IMG/VR virus record: IMGVR_UViG_3300032233_002708
Coordinates: 1 to 35,768 of that record
DNA length: 35,768 bases
From: a virus
Lineage: Duplodnaviria; Caudoviricetes
Strand: one strand, 5' to 3'
Shown: piece after piece, positions 26,374 to 35,397 of the stretch
Position numbering within the stretch: position 1 is the stretch's first letter
Layout: each line of letters begins with the position of its first letter
The notes under the pieces: model-generated
The model's input: only the letters and a program-made list of their open reading frames with translations
What the model was told of the DNA's origin: nothing
Databases searched by the model: none
Translations under genes and position numbers: made by a program

Positions 26374-28089
26374 TTATTTTCTGACGATCTGAGAGAAGTT
26401 TATCTTCCTTTCCACTTCGAATGTAGTTTCGAATTTATCTTGAATTCCTTCTTTATGTGAAATTACAAATATATTTGAATCCTTTACAATATACTTAATT
26501 ATTTTTAAAAACTCATCTGTTCCATTTGCATCCAAGGAAGAATCAAATACTTCATCCAATATTAGTAAATTAACATTGGTGGAATTTTTTATTTTCGCAA
26601 TCTCTCTCCAGGTAAACAGAAGTGCTAGATTTATTCTTTGTTTTTGCCCTTCGGAAAAAGACCCATAACTAAAATCTTCATACAATGGAGATTTTATGGT
26701 TTCATTGAATTCTTCATCTAAAGAAAAATTAACATAAAAATCCATTCTCTGCAAATACTTATTGAGTTGTAAATTTATGACTGGTAAATATTTTTTAATA
26801 ATTTTAGATTTTACACCATTGTCTTTTAACAAAGAATAAGTATAATCATAGTAACACATTAAATCTTTCTTGTTTTCATATTCTGAAGATACTTGTTCCA
26901 ATTCGGATAAAAATTGCTCTAATTTTTTGTGCTCTTGATTTTTATTTTCAATTTTGTCTTTAATTGTTAGTATTTCCTTTGCCAAATCGGTGATCTGTTT
27001 TTTGTGTTGCAATGATTTTAAATTATTTTGAGATATTTTGTGATTTATATTTACTATTTCTTTGGACAATTTATTAAATTCTATTTCTCTAATTTCCTCT
27101 TCTTTTATTGTATTGCATAAATCTTCATATCCAGAATTTAAATTATTAATATTTTCTTCCAATTGTGTTATTTTTGTTTTTCTAAACTGATCATCCAAAC
27201 TTTGTGTGCAAGTTGGGCATATTGTATTATCTGAGAAGAATTTATGTTCTGTGTTTATTGAAGAGATTTTTTGATGTAGCTTTCCTTTTAGTGTTCCTAG
27301 TTTTTTTAATTTTCCTTGGACATTAGTAAATTCATCTAACTTCAAATTCATTTTATCTACCTCAGAAATCAATGAGGTATTTTCCAATTCATAATTTTCC
27401 TTTAATTGCTCAAGACTTAAAATTTTATTTTTTCTTTCTAATATATTATTTTTTCCTTCTTTTTCTATCTCAGAAATGAAATTGGACTGTAACAATACTT
27501 TTTCATCTAGTGTATTTTTTTTAATCTCCAGTATTTTTAATTCATCTTTTATCTTTTTTATTTTATCCTTAACCACAATATTCATAGAAGAAAATATTTT
27601 AATGTCCAATAATTCTTCTATAACCTCTCTTCTACTTGCTGGTGTCAATTGCATAAAAGGAGTAAAATTACTATTGCCAAGTATTACAATTTGAGTAAAT
27701 GATTTATAGTTCATTTTGAGAACGTTTTGTTCAAACCATTTTTGTTGGTCGGTAGATGATGCGTTCTGATCTATCATCTTTCCATTTCTATAAATTTCAA
27801 ATATATTTGGTTTTTGTCCTCTTCTCACTTTCCATTCTATTGTTCCTACTTTAAATTCTATTTCAACCAAACAATCTTTTTGATTTATTATATTAATTAA
27901 CTGAGGTTTATTGATTGGTCGGTATGCCTTACCAAATAATGAGTATGTAATTGCATCCATAAAAACGGATTTTCCGCAACCATTTTTTCCAATAATTAAA
28001 GTATTTTGAGTTGAATTTAATTCTATACTTGTTGGTTTATTACCGAAGGACAAGAAATTTTTAAATGTTACTTTTTCAAATATTATCAT
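26374..28089 (-). CDS. gp46: Recombination endonuclease ATPase subunit (gp46, Rad50/SbcC-like)
   Basis: KNFLSFGN, GKNGCGKS, CPTC zinc hook, FSEGQKQR, LILDEVFDSSLD, VISH. Confidence 0.96.
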   Translation of the reverse strand: MIIFEKVTFKNFLSFGNKPTSIELNSTQNTLIIGKNGCGKSVFMDAITYSLFGKAYRPINKPQLINIINQKDCLVEIEFKVGTIEWKVRRGQKPNIFEIYRNGKMIDQNASSTDQQKWFEQNVLKMNYKSFTQIVILGNSNFTPFMQLTPASRREVIEELLDIKIFSSMNIVVKDKIKKIKDELKILEIKKNTLDEKVLLQSNFISEIEKEGKNNILERKNKILSLEQLKENYELENTSLISEVDKMNLKLDEFTNVQGKLKKLGTLKGKLHQKISSINTEHKFFSDNTICPTCTQSLDDQFRKTKITQLEENINNLNSGYEDLCNTIKEEEIREIEFNKLSKEIVNINHKISQNNLKSLQHKKQITDLAKEILTIKDKIENKNQEHKKLEQFLSELEQVSSEYENKKDLMCYYDYTYSLLKDNGVKSKIIKKYLPVINLQLNKYLQRMDFYVNFSLDEEFNETIKSPLYEDFSYGSFSEGQKQRINLALLFTWREIAKIKNSTNVNLLILDEVFDSSLDANGTDEFLKIIKYIVKDSNIFVISHKEGIQDKFETTFEVERKINFSQIVRK

Positions 28090-28349
28090 ATATTATATTT
28101 TGGTGGAACTACAATATCATTTGGTGTAATTACAGTGTATTTATTTCCTGTTACTTCACATGTTTTTATTAACAACGCATCATCATATTCTATAATGCAA
28201 GTTTCTGGATATCCTTTTTCTTCTAACATCAATGCATATCGAATTGCATCGTCCTCCGCTTGAAATAAAAATAAAACTTTGTCTCCATCTTCATTTTGAA
28301 CGGAGAATGCACCTTCCTCTTCTCTTCCCTCTATAGTTATCAAAAACAT
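28086..28349 (-). CDS. Conserved cyanophage hypothetical protein between gp47 and gp46
   Basis: LFLFQAEDDAIRYALML...VITPNDIVVPP; coupled to both neighbours. Confidence 0.8.
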   Translation of the reverse strand: MFLITIEGREEEGAFSVQNEDGDKVLFLFQAEDDAIRYALMLEEKGYPETCIIEYDDALLIKTCEVTGNKYTVITPNDIVVPPKYNI

Positions 28350-29389
28350 TATACTAACTCACATGCTTCTGTATGTATTTCGGTTAAGATTTTTTTAATC
28401 ATTGTTTTATCTAAATTAATTTCACTATCTTCAATGAATTTTTGTAGGAGTGATAGTGTATCTTCATTTTCTAGAGACACGTCAATTTCATTATCTTGAA
28501 TTGCAAAATTTTCAATTATTTTTAGTTCAGCTACATTAGAAAGATATAATTTATTTACAAAATTTTCATATTGTTTTACATTTGTTTTTTTACGAACTAT
28601 TAATTTAACAATTTTATTTTCATACTGTGACACATTGAATAACTGAGGTGGAGTATCTTCATAATATATGTTATAATGTAATTTATATGGATTATTGACG
28701 TGATAATGTTCTAATGTTTCAGTATCAAAAATAGTAAACCCTCTTGTATCATCAATATCATTAAAATAAATTTCATATGGATTTCCAAGATAAAATATTT
28801 TACCGTTATTTGATCTTGTATGATAATGTCCAGAAAAAACTTTATAAAACTTTTCATATATGTTCGGATCATGTCCATCTTCCATTACATGACCTCTATG
28901 TGCAACAAATCCATTTAACTCCAAATGTCCCATTGCCATCTTGGCGTCAGTATCTGAAATCATTTTTAATGTCTGTTCCTCATTTTCTTGATTTATCCAG
29001 GGAATAAAAAGAACTTTTAGACCAGCTAAATTTACTTCAGTTGGTTCCGAATGTACTGTAAAATTTTTATATTCTTTTAGTAATAAGTTAGGTGAATTAA
29101 TTTTGTTTGTATTTTTAAACTTTGATGTATGATTACCAACAATGATATGATGATCTATATTTAATTTTTCAAGTTTGTCATAGTAATTTTCCTTTGCCCA
29201 TTCAATTGCAGAAAAATCAATGGAATTTCTATTATCAAAAGTATCCCCAAGATCAATAACAGTTTTTATTTCATTTTCCTCTAGATAAGGAAAAAATACA
29301 TTCTCATAAAATTGAAGAAAATAATCATGGATCAATTTTGAATTTTTACGGCAGCCAAAGTGCTGGTCATTTATGATTGCTACTTTCAT
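28349..29389 (-). CDS. gp47: Recombination endonuclease nuclease subunit (gp47, Mre11/SbcD-like)
   Basis: DQHFG, LGDTFD, VGNH, GHLE, SGHYH metallophosphoesterase motifs. Confidence 0.96.
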   Translation of the reverse strand: MKVAIINDQHFGCRKNSKLIHDYFLQFYENVFFPYLEENEIKTVIDLGDTFDNRNSIDFSAIEWAKENYYDKLEKLNIDHHIIVGNHTSKFKNTNKINSPNLLLKEYKNFTVHSEPTEVNLAGLKVLFIPWINQENEEQTLKMISDTDAKMAMGHLELNGFVAHRGHVMEDGHDPNIYEKFYKVFSGHYHTRSNNGKIFYLGNPYEIYFNDIDDTRGFTIFDTETLEHYHVNNPYKLHYNIYYEDTPPQLFNVSQYENKIVKLIVRKKTNVKQYENFVNKLYLSNVAELKIIENFAIQDNEIDVSLENEDTLSLLQKFIEDSEINLDKTMIKKILTEIHTEACELV

Positions 29390-29404
29390 TATCTACCTTA
29401 CAAA

Positions 29405-29899
29405 TCAATATCTAAGTTTCTGATGAACATTGTCCTTAATGCTGTTATAATCAGAATAGTTGCCACCATAAATTGAATTATCATCAGTAAAAACTTCGTC
29501 AAATCCAGATCTTTCTAATATCTTACCTTTAATTTCCAATTGTCTCTTTTCTTTTTGTATTCTTCTTAAAAATGCATAATGTATAACTTGAGTGAAATAA
29601 GCAAATGGATTTTGTGATTTTTCTGGATCAAAATTCAAAATGTATTGTACGCAATTTTCAATCCCATCTGAAATCATATCATCCTTAAACATATAATTAA
29701 CAAAATTTGGTTTAAACGATAAATGAGTTGCAATCTTATAAAAACACTCTCCAATATAATTTGGTATTCTTGGTTGGGGTTTATCTAATTCTTTTGCTTC
29801 TTTTACCTGTCTACGATATTCTATCATTGCAGATAAAAAATCTTTATTATTCACATAATGTATACTTCTTTTTCTTTTTGTCATTACGCTTGTCTGCAT
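29405..29899 (-). CDS. gp55: Late-transcription sigma factor (gp55)
   Basis: HYVNNKDFL, YIGECF, DMISDGIENC, NPFAYFTQ, AFLRRIQKEK. Confidence 0.96.
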   Translation of the reverse strand: MQTSVMTKRKRSIHYVNNKDFLSAMIEYRRQVKEAKELDKPQPRIPNYIGECFYKIATHLSFKPNFVNYMFKDDMISDGIENCVQYILNFDPEKSQNPFAYFTQVIHYAFLRRIQKEKRQLEIKGKILERSGFDEVFTDDNSIYGGNYSDYNSIKDNVHQKLRY

Positions 29900-29926
29900 T
29901 TGTTTACACTACTTATATGTAGTAAC

Positions 29927-29955
29927 ACTATAGCATGGATTTAATTCCTTGTCAA
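29927..29955 (-). promoter_or_regulatory. Sigma70-type promoter for gp55-gp47-gp46
   Basis: TTGACA 29955-29950, 17 nt, TGC-TATAGT 29932-29927. Confidence 0.8.
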
Positions 29956-29982
29956 GCCCTAGGGGAGAAGAGGGGGGGGGGG

Positions 29983-30011
29983 TTGACAAGGTTTTGAGAA
30001 TGGTGTATAAT
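29983..30011 (+). promoter_or_regulatory. Perfect-consensus sigma70 promoter with no downstream ORF
   Basis: TTGACA 29983-29988, 17 nt, TATAAT 30006-30011. Confidence 0.8.
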
Positions 30012-30076
30012 AGCTTTGTTAGCGTTGAAGCCACCAGTAACTATTAACTTTATATAATATAAGAACAAATAATACT

Positions 30077-30108
30077 CTTTCCGAAGGAAAGGTTTTCCGT
30101 AGGAAAAC
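30077..30108. repeat. Two abutting perfect hairpins
   Basis: CTTTCC-GAA-GGAAAG (30077-30091) and GTTTTCC-GTA-GGAAAAC (30092-30108). Confidence 0.85.
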
Positions 30109-30111
30109 TAA

Positions 30112-30519
30112 TTAAGAGTTATTATATATCTTTTCTAACATTAACTTAGCTTCATTCACGTTATTGATATATCCCATCTGTTTAGTAACTTTAGCCATAT
30201 TAGGATGTCTATCATTTTCTAAAGTATTATTTTGTTTTTTATTAACGTACTTCTGATGCATTTCAATCATATCATCATCATAAGATTCAGTCATAGTTAA
30301 TACTCTAGATATATCAATTATAAACATATCATCAGTAGTAGTTTTCATCCATGGTTCTATCTTGTAACCAATTCCTTGTTTAGTTTTAATTTCTGTTATT
30401 ATTATTGGATCTGATAGAATCAATAAAATAGTATCATTTTCTTCTGTAGCTGATACTTTACTGAAAATTTCTTCTCCTGTTATTAACTTTAAGGAACAGT
30501 AAAAATCGTCTTCCATCAT
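30112..30519 (-). CDS. Conserved cyanophage protein downstream of uvsW (possible Sm-like fold)
   Basis: SLKLITGEEIFSKV...LSDPI...EPWMK; ATGA overlap with uvsW. Confidence 0.8.
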   Translation of the reverse strand: MMEDDFYCSLKLITGEEIFSKVSATEENDTILLILSDPIIITEIKTKQGIGYKIEPWMKTTTDDMFIIDISRVLTMTESYDDDMIEMHQKYVNKKQNNTLENDRHPNMAKVTKQMGYINNVNEAKLMLEKIYNNS

Positions 30520-31994
30520 TTTCTAAAGTCTACAGGTATAATTTCATAATTAAATTGTTCTTCGTTGTACAGTTTGATTCTTTCTATAAAATGATTTAGG
30601 GTATAATTTTTTCTATTGTTGTGAGTACAATCATCCGCAATATCATAAAGAACAGCTTTATTTTTATCCTGTCCCAATCTAAGTAATCTACCTATACTTT
30701 GTAATATTTTTATTTTTGATTTATATGGAGATGCAGTTATTGCATAGTGTAAATTTTTAATTGAAATTCCAGTACTGAATACGCCATAGCTTGCTACAAT
30801 AATAGCATCAACTTCTTTTTCTGTAATGGCTCTCACTTCCTCTCGTACTTCAACTTCAACTGAACCATGAACAAAAAATACTTTACGTGTATCTCCGACA
30901 CTATTATTTATTAAATCATAAATTATTTTACCATGAGTATCTACTCTAGTGAATAATATTAAAGTATTCTTTTTTAAACTAACTGCTAAATTTTTTATGA
31001 AATTATTTCTCTTTTCGTTGTTAATGATAAATTGAATTTCATCTTCATAAGCGTCAAATTTTTGTGGTGGGTGTCGAATCAATAAACAATTAATATCTAA
31101 TTGAGCTGCTCTACCTTTATCCATTAATTCTTTTGTTCCAATTGCTTTATATTGTGGTCCAAATAAACCAGCAATTACCCACTCATGAGTTTGAGAATCT
31201 TTTCCTCCATTGGATAAAGTTCCTGTAAATCCAAATCTGTATTTTGCACTATGAGATTTTTTCATAATGTCGATTAGACTTTTACTTTTACAAGTATGGC
31301 ATTCGTCTACGATTACGCAATCATACTTTTCAAAAAAAGATTTATCCAACTTATGAATACTTTGCCAAGTTGTTAAAGTAATTGGCATATCACTTTTTTT
31401 TTCTTGTCCAGTATAAATCATGTGGCAGTGATTTTCTGGATCCCAGCCATAACTATCCCAGTCTTTAAACATCTGATGAATTAAACTAGTTGTAGGAAAA
31501 ACAACTAAAATATTAATTCCTTTGTTGATATAATATCTAATCAGAGCATAAATCATATAAGATTTGCCAGAACTGGTAGCAGATATTAATGTTTTTCTGT
31601 TATATCTTAAACATTCATATACTGCATCAATTTGATAATCATATGGTGACATTTTTTTGCAAATTGCGTTTAAATATCCTTGTACTCCTTCTCTATTAAT
31701 TTCATCATTAACTTCGAATGGAAGTCCATAATACTTATTGTTTTTAAATTCGTATGAATATCCGTGACTTTTTAGTTTTGCAATTACTCTATCTAATAAA
31801 CCAACGTATATTTCTCCAGTAACTACAGATAATAAATTTATTCTACCATTCCACCCAGTATTTCTGAATTGTGGCATGAATTTTGCACTATCGAGTTCAA
31901 ACGTGAAATATGGTTGCAATTCATGTATTACGTGTGGCTCACAATTTAATTTAATATAAACTTCGTTTTTCTTTTCTATGATTACGTCTGACAT
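30516..31994 (-). CDS. uvsW: SF2 helicase UvsW
   Basis: PYDYQ, TSSGKS, TWQS, DECH, GFTGT, QSIGRLLR; late promoter CATAAATA 32015-32022. Confidence 0.95.
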   Translation of the reverse strand: MSDVIIEKKNEVYIKLNCEPHVIHELQPYFTFELDSAKFMPQFRNTGWNGRINLLSVVTGEIYVGLLDRVIAKLKSHGYSYEFKNNKYYGLPFEVNDEINREGVQGYLNAICKKMSPYDYQIDAVYECLRYNRKTLISATSSGKSYMIYALIRYYINKGINILVVFPTTSLIHQMFKDWDSYGWDPENHCHMIYTGQEKKSDMPITLTTWQSIHKLDKSFFEKYDCVIVDECHTCKSKSLIDIMKKSHSAKYRFGFTGTLSNGGKDSQTHEWVIAGLFGPQYKAIGTKELMDKGRAAQLDINCLLIRHPPQKFDAYEDEIQFIINNEKRNNFIKNLAVSLKKNTLILFTRVDTHGKIIYDLINNSVGDTRKVFFVHGSVEVEVREEVRAITEKEVDAIIVASYGVFSTGISIKNLHYAITASPYKSKIKILQSIGRLLRLGQDKNKAVLYDIADDCTHNNRKNYTLNHFIERIKLYNEEQFNYEIIPVDFRK

Positions 31995-32035
31995 AATATA
32001 ATCTTTATTTTAGGTATTTATGCCAAAAAAAGAAA

Positions 32036-32461
32036 TTAGAATCCAGCTAAAAATTTCTGTACGTCTATGCAATTCTTAATTTGATAAGTTCTATTGTGAA
32101 TCATTTTTAGTATATCATAAACAAAATCTAACATCGATTCATAATATTCAATTTTTAATGTTAGCTTAGAATATTCTTGATCTCCATCTATTGCTACTTT
32201 CAAATCTTCTGATCTTGCTTTATATAATTCGTTTGGTATTTCTTCTATTGAATAATTTCCTTTTCCTGTGAACAGATCATTTTTTTTCTTTTTTGTGTGT
32301 TTTCTTTCTTCTATTGCTTTTGCTTTTAATAGACGTAAATTGTTTAAAATATCATAATATTTGGAATGTAGTTCTGGAACTCTTAATGACTCTTCTTGTA
32401 AATTTCCCATATTAATTTTAGAGTCTGTCCGCCACATATCCTGTAGATCATTTATATTCAT
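32036..32461 (-). CDS. uvsY: Recombination mediator UvsY
   Basis: WRTDSKI..ESLRVPELHSKY...IHNRTYQIKNCI; between gp3 and uvsW. Confidence 0.9.
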   Translation of the reverse strand: MNINDLQDMWRTDSKINMGNLQEESLRVPELHSKYYDILNNLRLLKAKAIEERKHTKKKKNDLFTGKGNYSIEEIPNELYKARSEDLKVAIDGDQEYSKLTLKIEYYESMLDFVYDILKMIHNRTYQIKNCIDVQKFLAGF

Positions 32462-33017
32462 ATAGTTTATTTCCCAAATTGTCAGTAATTTCGTAATATG
32501 TGTATTTAAATTTTACTTCTGCTGTAAATGGATCAGCATCTGTTATTGTAGCATCAAATAATAGAGTAGTCAAGTCATATGGAAAAAGATCATAAAATTT
32601 TACTTGAAAATTTGGTCTTTGGCTACTTGTTAATACTTGCAATGTTCCATCTGAATAGATATTCATTTTTGATTTAATATTGCTGTCAATATTTTTATTT
32701 TGTTGTTGTAAAGTGTAAATTTGATCTAATGTTTCTGGGTAACCAAGTCCCTTTATCCAATTATGTACTTCCATGTAATTTTCTAAATTTTCATCAACCA
32801 AAAAACGAAGAGTAAGATCTTCAAAAGATATCTTATCTCCTGGTTGTGAAATATCTTTCAGATAATTTGGTTGAATCGCAATACCCAATGTCATCGAGGG
32901 AATGTTTGCTGAGTTTGAAAAGAAAGATACTTTTGGTGCTCTATTTAAAGTAAATAAAAATTGAGTTGGTAATAGAAAATTTCTGTTTTCTATTTGATTG
33001 TCGCAAGCACTAGCCAT
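32448..33017 (-). CDS. gp3: Tail tube terminator / tail completion protein (gp3)
   Basis: NRNFL, ANIPSMTLG, PGDKISFEDL..RFLVDENLENY.EVHNW, FKYTYY; late promoter CATAAATA 33029-33036. Confidence 0.9.
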   Translation of the reverse strand: MASACDNQIENRNFLLPTQFLFTLNRAPKVSFFSNSANIPSMTLGIAIQPNYLKDISQPGDKISFEDLTLRFLVDENLENYMEVHNWIKGLGYPETLDQIYTLQQQNKNIDSNIKSKMNIYSDGTLQVLTSSQRPNFQVKFYDLFPYDLTTLLFDATITDADPFTAEVKFKYTYYEITDNLGNKLYEYK

Positions 33018-33064
33018 GGTTTTTTAACTATTTATGAGTTGGTATTGATTCATTGAATTCCAAT

Positions 33065-33088
33065 AAAAAAGGGACCCAATTGGCCCCT
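33065..33088 (-). terminator. Intrinsic terminator after the endonuclease
   Basis: AGGGGCC-AAUUG-GGUCCCU followed by a U tract. Confidence 0.75.
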
Positions 33089-33095
33089 AATCTCT

Positions 33096-33857
33096 TTAAT
33101 CAATTTTAAAAACTTGATATCCTTTATGTTGCTTTTGTCTTCCTCTGGCAACATGCATCATATTTCCTGGATCTAGTCCTCTATCTAAAGAATATTGACG
33201 GAGATTTTGTATTATTTCTATATTTCCATCAGGGGTTATTATTTTCCAATTTTTTTGATTTGCTTCTCTTGCTTTTTGTTTTTGGTATTCTGTCTGTGGT
33301 TTATTATTATTTTTTCTAGTATTAATTCTTTTTTTTATTGTTTCTTTAGATTGTTTTTTACCTAAATGTTTTTGTCTATTTTTTTCCTTGGATTCTTCTG
33401 ATTGTTTATGTCCGACTCTTTTTTTAATTTTTCCGGACACATACATTTCTTTTTGTGTATCACTTATCTTTTTCTTTGTTTCTTCTTTATGTGTTCTCCC
33501 CCACCATGGATGATTTTCTCCTTCGTATTTGGGTGGTCTTCCAGATTCCAATATGTTTAATAAAATACCATCTTCTTCAAATCCTACTCTTCCATACTTT
33601 TTAATTTCATTTTCTTCTAATTCATATGAAGTTTCTTCTGTAAGATTTTCTGCTATTTTTATGATGGTTGGGATATTACCATCATCTATTAAGTTTCTTA
33701 TGTATCCGTTTAGTCTTTTGTTGAATGAATATTCTTTTTTATCGCTTAAATGTTGCTTACATCTATTTCCTGTTCCTTTTCCGATGTAAAATATTCTATT
33801 TGTTATTGGATTTATTATATGATAAACATAATATTTTTTGTTTTTGTTAGAGTTCAT
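33096..33857 (-). CDS. Free-standing GIY-YIG homing endonuclease with NUMOD3 repeats and C-terminal HTH-like domain
   Basis: YVY...FYIGKGTGNRCKQH; HPWWGRTHKEETKKKIS, GHKQSEESKEK, GKKQSKETIKK; interrupts the gp23-gp3 junction. Confidence 0.9.
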   Translation of the reverse strand: MNSNKNKKYYVYHIINPITNRIFYIGKGTGNRCKQHLSDKKEYSFNKRLNGYIRNLIDDGNIPTIIKIAENLTEETSYELEENEIKKYGRVGFEEDGILLNILESGRPPKYEGENHPWWGRTHKEETKKKISDTQKEMYVSGKIKKRVGHKQSEESKEKNRQKHLGKKQSKETIKKRINTRKNNNKPQTEYQKQKAREANQKNWKIITPDGNIEIIQNLRQYSLDRGLDPGNMMHVARGRQKQHKGYQVFKID

Positions 33858-33872
33858 GATTAAAAATTTTAT

Positions 33873-33905
33873 AAAAAAAAAGAGAGGGTCTAAAGACTCT
33901 CTCTT
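33873..33905 (-). terminator. Intrinsic terminator of gp23
   Basis: AAGAGAGAGUC-UUUA-GACCCUCUCUU (one A-C mismatch) plus a long U tract. Confidence 0.8.
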
Positions 33906-33912
33906 ATTTATG
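33905..33912 (-). promoter_or_regulatory. Late promoter CATAAATA for the endonuclease
   Basis: Motif abuts the 5' arm of the gp23 terminator. Confidence 0.6.
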
Positions 33913-33918
33913 TGATTA

Positions 33919-33955
33919 TCACATTAGGTTTTTTACCTCACATGAGATTTCGGAC
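33919..33955 (-). repeat. Tandem degenerate duplicate of the gp23 C-terminal codons
   Basis: GTC CGA AAT CTC ATG TGA (VRNLM*), one G, then GTA AAA AAC CTA ATG TGA (VKNLM*). Confidence 0.75.
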
Positions 33956-35347
33956 AGAAACCCTTCTGTAATATCTATTAGCATTGATCTGTAGACGGCC
34001 AAGGCCCTTGTCGAGACCTTCAGCAAATGGATTAGCAACAAGACCATATCTGGTCTTAAAGCCGATTTTTGGCTGGAAGGTGTTCTCACCAACGGCACGT
34101 ACCATTTGGAGAGGAACATAAGGACAATAGAATAGTCCAGCGTCATAAGGAGAAGTACCCTTATAACCAACAACGTAATACTGGTTTGCAGATACGTTAG
34201 CGGAATATGGGTCAATATAGACACGGAACTTGCCCATTAGAACACCAGCAAAGGTATTGCCAGTATCATCAACGTTAAGATTTGCGTTAAGTGCAGGGGT
34301 ATAATCAAGTACGCCAGCCATGGTTAGAGCGGAAGCTACATCAGCGGAGCACATGATAACATTGCCCTTTCCTCTACGAGTTCTTTGTGCGATAGCGTTA
34401 GCATCACGCTCGATTTGGAAGAGAAGACCCTTGAACTTTTCAACTGACCAACGACCATTGGAGTCGATGTCTAAGTCGAATACACCAGGAGTTGCAACGT
34501 TTACCGCAGCACCTTGCTCAGCAACTTTATAGATGGTACGAATAACTTCACGGTTGATCTCAGCAAGAATCTCAGTTGAGAGAATATTTGCGAGTTCCGC
34601 TTCAGCATTCAGACCATGAATTGCTTTCAAGTCCTGAGAAAGCTCAAGGCTGTACTCAGCTTTCAATGCACGGCTCTTTGCTTCAACGAGAACTTTCTCG
34701 ATGGTGAATGCCATTTCATTGAACTGGTTTCCAGCACCGTTACCGAGATTCTCAGAATCTCCAGTCTTCATGCCTTGGCCAACTTGATATGCGGTAGAGG
34801 ATGCGGTACCAACTGGGTTAAGCAAACCAGGATTAGATCCAGAGTTTGTATTGTTGGTGGTACCCATACCAACTACTGGATCAGTGAAACCGCCAGTAAG
34901 ATTAAATCCATCGTCCTGACCAGAGAAAGTGGTATCGACTTCATCGAAGAAGGTCTCAGCGCCACTTTGGTTGGTATAACGTGAACGCATCGCAAAGATA
35001 AGTCCAGTAGGACCAGTCATTGGTTGAACGCCAGCAAGGTCATAAGCGACCAAGTTAGGCATAGCACGACGAATTAGGGAGATCAGAACAGGATCGAAAC
35101 CTGCAACTGGACCACCTGCGGTTGCATTACCACCAAAACCACCACCTGCGCCAGCAGAGTTAGCGGACATGGTTGGGGATTCCATTAATACCCCAGTATT
35201 AAATGCTTGTTCTTGACGTAAGAAATTTTCTTGGTTTTCTAGCAAGACTGCGGTTACTGCTCTACGATGTGAATCTCTGATTGGATCAAGACCATCAAAG
35301 TTAAGAAGCGGTGCCCACTTTTCTTGCAGATGCTCGGATTGGAACAT
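33938..35347 (-). CDS. gp23: Major capsid protein (gp23)
   Basis: KWAPLL, LLENQE, FDPVLISLIRRAMP, GVQPMTGPTGLIFAMR, KSRALKAEYS, YCPYVPLQ, FQPKIGFKTRYG. Confidence 0.98.
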   Translation of the reverse strand: MFQSEHLQEKWAPLLNFDGLDPIRDSHRRAVTAVLLENQENFLRQEQAFNTGVLMESPTMSANSAGAGGGFGGNATAGGPVAGFDPVLISLIRRAMPNLVAYDLAGVQPMTGPTGLIFAMRSRYTNQSGAETFFDEVDTTFSGQDDGFNLTGGFTDPVVGMGTTNNTNSGSNPGLLNPVGTASSTAYQVGQGMKTGDSENLGNGAGNQFNEMAFTIEKVLVEAKSRALKAEYSLELSQDLKAIHGLNAEAELANILSTEILAEINREVIRTIYKVAEQGAAVNVATPGVFDLDIDSNGRWSVEKFKGLLFQIERDANAIAQRTRRGKGNVIMCSADVASALTMAGVLDYTPALNANLNVDDTGNTFAGVLMGKFRVYIDPYSANVSANQYYVVGYKGTSPYDAGLFYCPYVPLQMVRAVGENTFQPKIGFKTRYGLVANPFAEGLDKGLGRLQINANRYYRRVSVRNLM

Positions 35348-35397
35348 TTGCGTTTACCTCGTTAAATGTGTTTGTTTTTGTTTGATTAATATTAAAA

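Noticed and set aside
33919-34224. 101-aa alternate-frame ORF within gp23
   Set aside because: No RBS; only its last five codons are meaningful, as the duplicated gp23 end.
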